This document shows positions 49,322 to 58,022 of a DNA stretch of 64,000 nt, in pieces. The first letter of the stretch is position 1; the number at the start of each line of letters is the position of its first letter. The stretch is from Candidatus Latescibacterota bacterium. GTDB taxonomy: Bacteria; Latescibacterota; UBA2968; GCA-2709665. The stretch covers positions 128,001 to 192,000 of the forward strand of contig CAXXXF010000014.1 of assembly GCA_963667175.2 (NCBI GenBank), written 5' to 3'. Position numbers and translations under genes: made by a program. Below the pieces are notes generated by a model that worked only from the letters and a program-made list of their open reading frames with translations, did no database searches and was not told the DNA's origin.

Positions 49322-49768
49322 GTGGCCAGACAACGGCGCAGACAGATGTCGGTTCTGTTCATACCCGACGACGGATCGCGCACCTTTGTGTTCAAGCTCG
49401 GTACCTGGCCGCTCAGAGCGGCGGCCGGCGCGATTCTCCTGCTGCTCGTCATGCTGATCCTGGAATTCGCGTTCATCTGGAAGATTCAGGAGTGGAGACA
49501 GTCGGCGCAGACCCTGAAGGCAGAAAACAGCCGGCTGAATGAGGAAGTTGCACGCGTGGAGGAACTCGCGCTTACCCTGAAGCGAATCCAGGGAACCAAT
49601 CAGAAACTGCGTCAGATGCTGTTGCCTGACGCGGGGCCGGCGCAGGCTTCCTTCACGAATGCGGTTTCTTCCGGACGCCGGGAGGAGAACGGAAAGCTGG
49701 GCGCGCCCGTCGCCAGCGCGGTCAAGGGCGCTGCCGGGGCACCCCGCGATTCCGTGAATTCCAGATGA
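49322..49768 (+). CDS. TM + coiled-coil protein resembling the N-terminus of bactofilin-associated M23 peptidases
   Basis: SVLFIPDDGS.T..F, TM helix, LKAENSRL coiled coil. No HxxxD/HxH M23 motifs. GAGGAG RBS. Confidence 0.7.
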   Translation: MARQRRRQMSVLFIPDDGSRTFVFKLGTWPLRAAAGAILLLLVMLILEFAFIWKIQEWRQSAQTLKAENSRLNEEVARVEELALTLKRIQGTNQKLRQMLLPDAGPAQASFTNAVSSGRREENGKLGAPVASAVKGAAGAPRDSVNSR

Positions 49769-49905
49769 ATACAGGACGTCCGGCGTCCGGTTCCCGACCT
49801 TTCCGCGACCTCCCCGTTCCATCCGCGGGACGTTGTGATTCCCAACGCGGGGGAATGCCACTTGGACAATCTTCCAAAACAGAAGACATGTGAGCGGACA
49901 TCCGA

Positions 49906-50328
49906 ATGTTAGCGTTCAAACAAAAGCTGGAAAAAGAAGCCATTAAAACGGTGATCGGCAAAGACACGGTGATGGAAGGATCGGTTACGACGGATGAAAG
50001 CATCCGCCTGGATGGAACGCTCAAGGGCGAACTGCATGCATCGGGCACCCTTGTCATCGGTCCGTCCGGAAGGGTGGACGCAGAGGTCGTCCGGGTGCGT
50101 GACGCGGTGATAGGCGGGGAAGTTACCGGAAAACTGGAAGCCGACGGGAGCGTCAAGCTGGAAGCCAGCGCCGTCTTTACGGGTGACATCGCCGCACGTT
50201 CCATCGTCGTGGAAGAGGGCGCCATTATCAAGGGGAAGTGCGCCGCCGGAAACGAAGTTTCGTCGCCCGCGGCGATTGAAAACCAGGAATCTCAGCCTGG
50301 CGAAACAGGGAATGAATCCTCGACCTGA
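49906..50328 (+). CDS. bactofilin (polymer-forming cytoskeletal protein)
   Basis: TVIGKDT..EG......IRLDG..KG......LVIG.SG.V...V.GGEV.G...GDI....IVVEEGA...G.C. Confidence 0.92.
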   Translation: MLAFKQKLEKEAIKTVIGKDTVMEGSVTTDESIRLDGTLKGELHASGTLVIGPSGRVDAEVVRVRDAVIGGEVTGKLEADGSVKLEASAVFTGDIAARSIVVEEGAIIKGKCAAGNEVSSPAAIENQESQPGETGNESST

Positions 50329-50366
50329 CACGAAGGCGTGTCCTGAGAAACCGGCTATACACAAGT

Positions 50367-50403
50367 AACAGGCGTTCGCGGTTCCCGTCCGCAAACGCCT
50401 GTT
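50367..50403. terminator. bidirectional terminator-like hairpin between convergent genes
   Basis: AACAGGCGTTCGCGG / CCGCAAACGCCTGTT. Confidence 0.6.
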
Positions 50404-50437
50404 TCATTTTGTCAGCCCGCAGAGTTCGAACTTCAGT

Positions 50438-51739
50438 TCAACGTTTGATCTGAAACCTTCCGTCGGGAACGAGCCGCCTCGCATTCTGGCGGCTCAGTTT
50501 GATCTCCAGAAACACGTCGTTTCCCCTATAGGTCGTATTCAATATTTCGCCCACCCGATACAGTTCCGAGAGGAGCTTTCCTTCCGCCTGCGGAACCCGC
50601 AGTTGCATCACCTTGCGTTCGCCCTCGAGACGGTCGTAAATCGCCCACCGCAGATCGTCCAGCCCCCGGGCTTCCTGTGCTGAGACCCAGACGCCGTCCG
50701 GATACCCGGCCCGAAGTCGCCTCTGCATAGACGGATCGTGAAACTGATCGATCTTATTGAATGCCATCAACGTGGGGTACTCCGCGATGCCCAGTCCCTG
50801 GAGCGTTTCATGCACCGCCTCGATCTGCTCCTCGCACATTGGATGGCTCACATCGACAACATGCAGTAACAGGTCCGCATCCACCGCCTCCTCGAGGGTG
50901 CTTCTGAACGAAGCGACAAGGTGATGCGGCAGCTTACGTATAAACCCGACCGTGTCGGTCAGCAGGACTTCCCGATTGTACCCCAGATAGACCCTTCGGG
51001 TCGTGGATTCCAGTGTTGCGAACAATCGATCTTCCACGAACACGTCGGCGCCGGAAAGTACGCGCATCAACGTCGATTTTCCGGCATTCGTATAGCCCAC
51101 CAGGGAGATACGGAACGTATCCGTTCGCTGCTTGCGCCCCAGCACACGCCGCCGGGCGATCCTGTTCAGCGCTCTGGTCAAAACCCCGATACGGCTCCGC
51201 AGCGCCCGGCGGTCCACCTCCAGTTGGGTTTCTCCCGGACCCCGGGTGCCGATTCCCCCTGTCGTCCCGCCGTGGCCGGCCTGGCGCGACAGATGCGTCC
51301 ATCGGCGCGTCAGCCGCGGCAACAGGTAGTTGAGCTGTGCCAGTTCCACCTGAGTCTGAGCCTCGCGTGTCTTGGCCCGTCCCGCGAAGATGTCCAGAAT
51401 CAGCCGGCTCCGATCGATGACGTTGGCGCCCGCCACTTCCTCGAGGTTCTTGAACTGGGCGGGCGACAGGTCGTCGTCGAAGATCACGACCTGCGCCTGG
51501 AATTGCTTCACGCGGAGCGCAAGTTCCTCAGCCTTGCCCCGACCAATAAAAAAAGCCGGATCGATGCTTTCCCGCTCCTGCACCATCCGATCCACAACCC
51601 GCGCGCCCGCAGTGTCCGCCAGTAACGCAAGTTCATTCAGCGTGTCGTCCGTATCCCAGGATGAATTGCCCGGAAGCGCCATGCCCACCAGAATTGCGCG
51701 TTCCGGCTCCCTTGAGGTGATGATTTCATGCACCGCCAA
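50438..51739 (-). CDS. hflX: GTPase HflX
   Basis: LILDIFA.RA.T.EA..QVELAQL.YLLPRL, RGPGETQLEVDRR, GYTNAGKST, DTVGFI, NKID. Confidence 0.96.
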   Translation of the reverse strand: MAVHEIITSREPERAILVGMALPGNSSWDTDDTLNELALLADTAGARVVDRMVQERESIDPAFFIGRGKAEELALRVKQFQAQVVIFDDDLSPAQFKNLEEVAGANVIDRSRLILDIFAGRAKTREAQTQVELAQLNYLLPRLTRRWTHLSRQAGHGGTTGGIGTRGPGETQLEVDRRALRSRIGVLTRALNRIARRRVLGRKQRTDTFRISLVGYTNAGKSTLMRVLSGADVFVEDRLFATLESTTRRVYLGYNREVLLTDTVGFIRKLPHHLVASFRSTLEEAVDADLLLHVVDVSHPMCEEQIEAVHETLQGLGIAEYPTLMAFNKIDQFHDPSMQRRLRAGYPDGVWVSAQEARGLDDLRWAIYDRLEGERKVMQLRVPQAEGKLLSELYRVGEILNTTYRGNDVFLEIKLSRQNARRLVPDGRFQIKR

Positions 51740-51781
51740 TAGATCAGTCCCCTTCCGGGCCGGCGCGGCGCGCGCCGGACG

Positions 51782-52558
51782 TTACTTGCGGGATCCGGAT
51801 TTTCGGTCTGCGCCGGGCGAAAGAGCCTGGAGCTGATCCCGAAGCTGGGCGGCGCGCTCGAAATCTTCAATGGCAACCGCCTCGCTGAGTTGCTCCTTGA
51901 GGTCCTGAAACAGAGGCCTGGGTCGATCCTTTCGGATTTCTTCCGCCCATTCCTTCAAAAATACCACCTCTTCGCTGTCTTCCACGAGGTCGGGCCTGTC
52001 GTACTCTTTGAAGAACCCCTGGATCTCTTCGATGCCGTTGTGGATTTCCAGGAGTGCCCGATCGAAATTCTCGTCCTCGAGTTCCTGCAGGACCACCGCA
52101 CGTATGCGATGTCCGATCACAAAGGGCCTGTATTGCTCAAGGACCATGCTATCTTCTTCTTCACGCGCGTGTTCCTTGACGAAGTCGAACATATCGAGGT
52201 TTCGCTGAGCGTCATCCTGAGCAAGTCGATATTCTCCCAGTTCAAGAAAGCTGATCCGTCGATGGTAATACTGGAGCCCTTCGACCTGAAGTGACAGGCA
52301 GACGTCCGGATCGAGCCTGTACGTCTTCGTGTCCTCCGGCGACGTCCGCACTTTCTCCTTGTAGTAATGGAGCAGCGACTCATAACCGTGGGGGCGCTGT
52401 CCGTCCGGTCGGCCCGCGACTTCCATCTGCAATATTCCCATCTCCACGCGAAGCTGGATTTTTTCCTCGCCATCCGTCCCCTTGATGCGTCTCACACAGA
52501 GTTTGTCCGGCTCGTACGGCCAGCTTTCCAGAAGTGGCTGAATGTCATCCATCCCCAT
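51782..52558 (-). CDS. UvrB/UvrC-motif-containing protein
   Basis: QLRVEMGILQME..GRPDG.RP.G, C-terminal L.EAVAIEDFERAAQLRDQL. GGAGG+ATG 52558. Confidence 0.85.
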   Translation of the reverse strand: MGMDDIQPLLESWPYEPDKLCVRRIKGTDGEEKIQLRVEMGILQMEVAGRPDGQRPHGYESLLHYYKEKVRTSPEDTKTYRLDPDVCLSLQVEGLQYYHRRISFLELGEYRLAQDDAQRNLDMFDFVKEHAREEEDSMVLEQYRPFVIGHRIRAVVLQELEDENFDRALLEIHNGIEEIQGFFKEYDRPDLVEDSEEVVFLKEWAEEIRKDRPRPLFQDLKEQLSEAVAIEDFERAAQLRDQLQALSPGADRKSGSRK

Positions 52559-52632
52559 ATACGTCTTCCTCCAGCTTCCCACGGGTGAGAGCGGCCCTTC
52601 GAACTGCAACCACGATACCGGAACTCTCTGTG

Positions 52633-52661
52633 ATTTTACCATAACGCCTCACCGTTGTCAA
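52633..52661 (-). promoter_or_regulatory. sigma70-type promoter for the UVR-motif gene/hflX
   Basis: Minus strand TTGACA-17 nt-TAAAAT with TGn. Confidence 0.65.
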
Positions 52662-52817
52662 GGTATTTGACCCTGGAAACAGGACAAGCGCGCCCCGGCG
52701 GAAGCGTGGTTGGGCAGCCGGTTTCCGCAGACCCGTTACGATGGAATCTGCGCAGGCTGACGCGGGGGGACGGGTTGACCCTTCGATTCGACGGGGACAA
52801 GTCCCGCGAACGGGACG

Positions 52818-54113
52818 CTACAGTGCGGCGACCACCGACCCTACCGCCGAGCGCACCTGACTCAGTTCCTCTTCGCCATGGGTCAGGCCCACGTACCATC
52901 GGCCGTCCGGCAACAATTGAACGCCCGCCTCCAGCATACCGGTCCTGAACCGGGCATAGAGCGCCATGTCCGTCTCGGTGAGGTCCCGATACTGAACGGG
53001 GGGAGACAGTACTCCGAAGTGAACGTTGAAGACCGTGCCCGCGCCCGACGTGCAGACGTCGATTCCCCGGGCAGCCGCAGCCGCCTCGATAGTCCGCCGA
53101 ATCGCGTACCCGTGCTCATGCATCCGGTGGAAGGCCCGGGGATCCGCGCTCAGGATCGTGACCGTCGCGAGGCCTGCGGCAAGATTGACCGTGCTTCCGT
53201 TGTACGTCCCCGCGTGGATGGTCGCGCCGTTCCTGAGCACGTCGAACATCCTCCGCGAACCCGCCACCGCGGAAAGCGTGAACCCCCCGGCCAACGCCTT
53301 CGCGTAGACCGAGAGATCGGGGGTCGCGTCGAAATATTCCCGGGCGCCACCGAGAGCGAGGCGAAACCCGGTTATGACCTCGTCAAATATCGAAACCGCG
53401 CCGTTGCTTCGACACAGATCGACCATTCCCTGAAGGAACCCGTCCGAGGGCATGATGGATCCGGAATTGGCCAGCACCGGCTCGGTGATGACCGCTGCAA
53501 TCTCCGACCCCCGTTCGGAGAACAGGTTTTCCAGCAGATCCAGCCGGTTCCATGGCAACGTGACGGTCTCCGCGTATTCGGCCGCCGGCTGGCCGCCGCA
53601 GGCGGGCACGACCCTGGGTGATTCCGGATTCCCGAGCGCTTCGTCGGATTCGTGATAACTCACCAGAACGTTGTTCAACCATCCGTGGTAATGTCCCTCG
53701 AATTTGACAAACCTGGTACGACCGGTCGCGGCGCGCGCGAGCCTCAAGGCCGCCTGAACGGCCTCGGAGCCCGTATTGGAAAAAATCACCTGGTCAACGC
53801 CCGGGAGTGTTTCCACCAGCAGTTTTGCGAACGCAACCTCGCCCGGATGCTGGGCCCCGAGGGTGTATGAATTCCGAACCGCCGCCGTCACGGCCGCGTT
53901 CAGTTCCGGGTGATTCGAACCGAGAATCAACGGCCCCCACGCCAGGGTATAGTCCAGCAGTCGGTTTCCGTCCACGTCGTAATAGTACGGCCCCTCCGCC
54001 CGCTCGAAGAAAAGCGGCGGCGACGTCACGGCGCGCCTCATACCCGACGACACACCCATCGCGAGGTATCGGGAACTCGCCTTGAAAAGCGCTGTGGATC
54101 GAACCGTTTTCAT
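52818..54113 (-). CDS. class III PLP aminotransferase (glutamate-1-semialdehyde aminomutase-like)
   Basis: DVDGN..LDY..AWGPLILG, NTGSEA, KFEGHYHG, IFDEVITGFR, YAKALAGG, HAGTYNG. Confidence 0.88.
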   Translation of the reverse strand: MKTVRSTALFKASSRYLAMGVSSGMRRAVTSPPLFFERAEGPYYYDVDGNRLLDYTLAWGPLILGSNHPELNAAVTAAVRNSYTLGAQHPGEVAFAKLLVETLPGVDQVIFSNTGSEAVQAALRLARAATGRTRFVKFEGHYHGWLNNVLVSYHESDEALGNPESPRVVPACGGQPAAEYAETVTLPWNRLDLLENLFSERGSEIAAVITEPVLANSGSIMPSDGFLQGMVDLCRSNGAVSIFDEVITGFRLALGGAREYFDATPDLSVYAKALAGGFTLSAVAGSRRMFDVLRNGATIHAGTYNGSTVNLAAGLATVTILSADPRAFHRMHEHGYAIRRTIEAAAAARGIDVCTSGAGTVFNVHFGVLSPPVQYRDLTETDMALYARFRTGMLEAGVQLLPDGRWYVGLTHGEEELSQVRSAVGSVVAAL

Positions 54114-56755
54114 CGTGTGCCATCCGCTCCCGGCGCATCGATTCGAGGTTGGATATCACAGGTCGGACAAACGCGCCGCAGGTGGTCCCGCCGCGCCTTC
54201 CAGACCTCTATTGCCGGCACGAAGAACGAGTCCGCCCGGCCCACTTTCCCGCGGCGCTGTTTGCCCCGGCGATCAAGCGCCCTGTTCAGCTTCCCCGGCG
54301 GCACCGGACACAGCGCCGACCTGAACGCCAGCCCCCTCACCTGCCGCACGCCCCCGTCCGCCGCCACGACGTTGTAGACATTGCCGAACGGGTCGATGCA
54401 CCCGCAGGGAACCGATAACTCGGCCACATGGTAGGCTGTCGTGGCATTGTGGTCGACGCCAAGCAGCAGAACGTGCCCGTTTCCGTGTACGAGCTGGCCG
54501 ATGGGGCTGTGAGGCGTCCACAATCCTTTCTTTCCGTGATCCCTGCAGAAGGTCTCGGCTCTGGGACCCACCGCCGCCACCGCGTGCGTGGAATGGTCGC
54601 TCCTCACCACGTCGGGACGCCGCCAGAACGCATCGGGGATGGCGCCGTTGGTCGTGGGTGTGGTCATCGGATTGTACACCCGTGCGGCCCGGTGGTGAAA
54701 CGAGGGCATCATCAGCGTGCCGCGCTTTCCGATAACCTCCAGCAGCGCCTCGATCACCGCATCCGCGCCGCCCGCCACGTGCCCGATGGACGACAGGGAA
54801 CTGTGCGCCATCACGTCCATGCCCCGGATCAGGCCCAGCGAGCGGAGGTCCGCCACAAGGCGTGCGCGCGTCACCCGTTCCGACTTCTCGATAAGCTCTA
54901 CGTATCCCAGTTCAGCGTGCGCTTCGAAGTAAGCGACGACGCTCGCCACCTTCACTTCGTTGCCGGTCTCGCATGCCACGGCCTGCGAAATCTCCTGAAT
55001 CGTCCGGTTGCCGTCCGCCCAGAACAGCGCCCAGGGAGAAAGCCCTGTTTTGCTGATACGTCCGGCGATCTCCGGCGGCGTATTTTCCCCGATAGGAGAC
55101 AACACACGGGTGCGCCTCGGAATCCGGTCCGCGCCCTCGACGCGCCTTCGGCGCGGACGTCTCCTTCCCCGGGCGGCATCCGCCGCGGACTCCCGCACCT
55201 CGCGCTCGTGCCCGGCGAACTGCTCCAGGACGTCCCGCCTGCGCCCGCCCCACATCCAACGATGAAGCTTCTCCAGGTTCACGCGATGCTGCTCGCGTTC
55301 GTATTCGACCTGAGCAACCGACAGGCTCCCCGACCCCAACCTCCCAATCGTCCGCGCGGTCTCCGCGGCGGCCACGTCGACGATATCCTCCGTGCCTGCG
55401 TCCGCCAGCCAGTACAGATACCCCGCCATCGCCGTCGCGCACGCCGCCAGTCCCCTGGCGCTCAACAGAGCCGGCGTGTCCGCGGACGAATGGTAGGCGT
55501 CAAATCCCCGCCCGCGTTTGTGGTGGTGCGTGGTGAGCCAGGGACACGGAAATCCATACTTCGGATCCCCGATGAGCGTGTCTGAGGTGGGCTGGAACGG
55601 CTCCATCGACAGGCGATAGCCGGGGTTTCGCAGCTGCAGTGTTTCCGTCAGGATCGTCTCGCCCAGCCGGTCCACGAAACCGGCCGACATTGGAATCGAG
55701 GCATGCCACTCGATGCGGCCGCCGCAAACCGAGGGCTTGCTTCCCACCGAATCGATCACAACACCGGCAAGAGGAGTCTGCAGGCGCTGTGTGTCCTCCA
55801 GATACTTGAAAAATCCGTGACACTCGTAGGCGTTCATCAGACGTATCGTGCGTCTGGGCCGCGCCAGCTCACCGGCTGCGATATGTTCCTCGAGGACACG
55901 CGCAATTTCCATGCACAGCGCCACCCCCGACGCATTGTCGATTGCGCCGGGTTCCGCGCTGTGCGCGAGCGCCCACACTTCATCCTGTGGATCGGCGTCA
56001 CCGTGCACCACCCCGCTCACCTGATCGTGCGTTCCCTGGTAGTGACGAATGTCCACGTCTGTCCGTACGGTCAATGCGCCGTGCCTGCGCAGCAGGCGGC
56101 GCAGGCGTTTTCCCTGGTTCTCCGATAGAACCAGGCCGACCATCTGGACGGCCGCATCCTGAATGGGGACGCCACCCCACCCGAATTTCGTCCACGCGGT
56201 CGCGTCGGGCAGATTCGGTACGGGATGATCGGCGACCACCCCCGCGGCGCCGGCCTCTGAGAAGGACCGCAACATGCCGCGCGGATCCATGCGCGTCAGA
56301 ACCACCTTCCCTGCCAGTCCGCCTCTGGGAATCCGGGTCAGGGCCTCCTTTGAATCCACGACAGCCAGCTCGTTTTCCATCCCTCCCGGCGGCGTGGCGT
56401 CGCTCCACTGAATGACGTGCCACGGATTCTCCCTGTAATCCAGGACACGCGTTTTCACCGGTCGAATCACGTCCATCGTCGCGGAACGCACGTCTGCGGC
56501 CTTATGAATGATCCATCGCCCCGATCCGATGGCTCCGCCGGTCCGCATGGTGTGCACTTCCGCCCTTGCGCCCGATTCCTCGTAACGACGCACAAGTAAC
56601 GCCGTGGTGTCCGCGAACCGGTCGAATGAATTCCACCGGTCGGTAGCCACAACCTCGCGCACGTCCTGCAGAATCCGTCGTCCGTCCGTCTTCCCGTGCA
56701 GAAGCGGCAACACCGTCTTGCAGAAGTTGACAACCGATCCCGGACGAGCGGTCAT
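54110..56755 (-). CDS. fusion of DUF4910/M28-like metallopeptidase (PA insert, winged helix) and AAC(3)/YokD-family acetyltransferase
   Basis: M28-type AHSAEPGAIDNASG, YE, IDSVG, YHSSADT. AAC(3)-type AHSSLSSIG.V.GGA, GTLMMPSF, GAIPDAF, RSDHSTHA, LLLGV...TAYHVAE. Single open frame. Confidence 0.85.
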   Translation of the reverse strand: MTARPGSVVNFCKTVLPLLHGKTDGRRILQDVREVVATDRWNSFDRFADTTALLVRRYEESGARAEVHTMRTGGAIGSGRWIIHKAADVRSATMDVIRPVKTRVLDYRENPWHVIQWSDATPPGGMENELAVVDSKEALTRIPRGGLAGKVVLTRMDPRGMLRSFSEAGAAGVVADHPVPNLPDATAWTKFGWGGVPIQDAAVQMVGLVLSENQGKRLRRLLRRHGALTVRTDVDIRHYQGTHDQVSGVVHGDADPQDEVWALAHSAEPGAIDNASGVALCMEIARVLEEHIAAGELARPRRTIRLMNAYECHGFFKYLEDTQRLQTPLAGVVIDSVGSKPSVCGGRIEWHASIPMSAGFVDRLGETILTETLQLRNPGYRLSMEPFQPTSDTLIGDPKYGFPCPWLTTHHHKRGRGFDAYHSSADTPALLSARGLAACATAMAGYLYWLADAGTEDIVDVAAAETARTIGRLGSGSLSVAQVEYEREQHRVNLEKLHRWMWGGRRRDVLEQFAGHEREVRESAADAARGRRRPRRRRVEGADRIPRRTRVLSPIGENTPPEIAGRISKTGLSPWALFWADGNRTIQEISQAVACETGNEVKVASVVAYFEAHAELGYVELIEKSERVTRARLVADLRSLGLIRGMDVMAHSSLSSIGHVAGGADAVIEALLEVIGKRGTLMMPSFHHRAARVYNPMTTPTTNGAIPDAFWRRPDVVRSDHSTHAVAAVGPRAETFCRDHGKKGLWTPHSPIGQLVHGNGHVLLLGVDHNATTAYHVAELSVPCGCIDPFGNVYNVVAADGGVRQVRGLAFRSALCPVPPGKLNRALDRRGKQRRGKVGRADSFFVPAIEVWKARRDHLRRVCPTCDIQPRIDAPGADGTR

Positions 56756-56776
56756 GCCTGGTCTCCATTGTTAGAT

Positions 56777-57832
56777 TTACGCCACGGCGCCCGTGTCCGA
56801 CACCGATACGCCCAGTTCTTCAGCCACGGAACGGATCTCCGACCACGTCGCGTCCTCCAGGCACACCCCTTCGGACTCCCGTTCCCTTCGCGTCTCCGCT
56901 TCAATCTCTCCCGGCACGTAGATCGTCTCTACCCCTGGCATCTTCGGCGACGATTTCACCCAATCGATCAGTTTCCCCACCTCCGACTTGAAATCGTCCA
57001 CGTCCACGAAGCTCTCGATCTTTATTGCCAATGCAAGAAATCCGCTCGCGCCCCGCGTGGGCGCCTCCGTACTGCATCCGGCCCAGGAAAGTCCGCCCGC
57101 GATGGCGTCGATCATCATTGCCAGACCGTATCCCTTATGGCCCACCGGGCCTCCAAGGGGCAGCATGGCCGCGTTTCCGGCGTAGAATTCCTCGGGATCG
57201 GTGACGGTGTTTCCATCCAGGTCGACCATCCAGCCTTCGGGCAATCGTTGTTTCCGCAAACGGCAGATGTCCACCTTGCCGCCTGCCACCATGCTGGTCG
57301 TGATATCCAGCGTCATGGGCGGCCCGTCTCCGGTGGGGACGCCGATCGCGATCGGGTTGGGGGGCAGCCGCCGGGCAGTGCCGCCGAAGGGCGCCGCGAA
57401 CCGTCCTCCTCCGTTCAATATCAGGATTCCGATACAATCGCGCGCCGCGGCAACGGACGGAAAGTCGCCAAGCCTGCCGATATGTCCGGACCGATGGACC
57501 GCAACCGCCCCGAGCGTGTGCTCAAGGGCGCGGTCTACCGCCATGCGCATGGCGATATTTGCCACCACGATACCGATTCCGCCGCCCGCGTCGATGGTCA
57601 GGGAAGCCGGTGTCTCCCGAACCACTTCATGGTTTCCGGCGGGCTTGATCGCCCCCTCCCTCACGCCGCGCGCATAGCCAGGCATACGATGGATACCGTG
57701 GGAGTCGTGTCCCATCAGATTCGCATCCACGAGATGATCGGTTACGATCCGCGCCTGGTCTTCCGGCAGCCCGGCGGCGACAAATACCGCGTACCCGCAT
57801 TTTCTTAAGGTTTCATGCGACAAAATCGGCAT
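56777..57832 (-). CDS. Ldh_2 family (malate/L-lactate/hydroxycarboxylate) oxidoreductase
   Basis: L.GHDSHG, HIGRLG, APFGG, NPIAIG.P, LDITTS, GHKGYGL, YVPGE.E. Confidence 0.92.
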   Translation of the reverse strand: MPILSHETLRKCGYAVFVAAGLPEDQARIVTDHLVDANLMGHDSHGIHRMPGYARGVREGAIKPAGNHEVVRETPASLTIDAGGGIGIVVANIAMRMAVDRALEHTLGAVAVHRSGHIGRLGDFPSVAAARDCIGILILNGGGRFAAPFGGTARRLPPNPIAIGVPTGDGPPMTLDITTSMVAGGKVDICRLRKQRLPEGWMVDLDGNTVTDPEEFYAGNAAMLPLGGPVGHKGYGLAMMIDAIAGGLSWAGCSTEAPTRGASGFLALAIKIESFVDVDDFKSEVGKLIDWVKSSPKMPGVETIYVPGEIEAETRRERESEGVCLEDATWSEIRSVAEELGVSVSDTGAVA

Positions 57833-57836
57833 CTAA

Positions 57837-57990
57837 CAGTCCGTTGAAAAAGTCGCTCTGCAGGCGAGGTCGAGTCATTGTGGCCGAAGACAAGGCGCGC
57901 CTGTCTGCGTGCGGACACGCACAGGCAGGCAACGCCGTATTTCGGCCACAAGGGCCAGACGCAGCCCGGTTGGACTTTTTCAACGGGCTG
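57837..57990. mobile_element. complete MITE (family C, 154 bp) with nested REP-like palindrome
   Basis: 18-bp TIR CAGTCCGTTGAAAAAGTC / GACTTTTTCAACGGGCTG (1 mismatch), flanked by CTAA/CTTAG. Internal IR TTGTGGCCGAA/TTCGGCCACAA. Palindrome at 57899-57930. Confidence 0.85.
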
Positions 57991-58022
57991 CTTAGTTCCT
58001 TGAAGGCGCCGTTCGCCTCCGG

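Noticed and set aside
52818-54113. hemL assignment
   Set aside because: N-terminal signature deviates and there are no tetrapyrrole genes nearby, so no symbol was given.
54110-54880. Aminoglycoside resistance gene aac(3)
   Set aside because: The fold matches, but it is fused to a peptidase-like domain in a metabolic operon, so resistance cannot be inferred.
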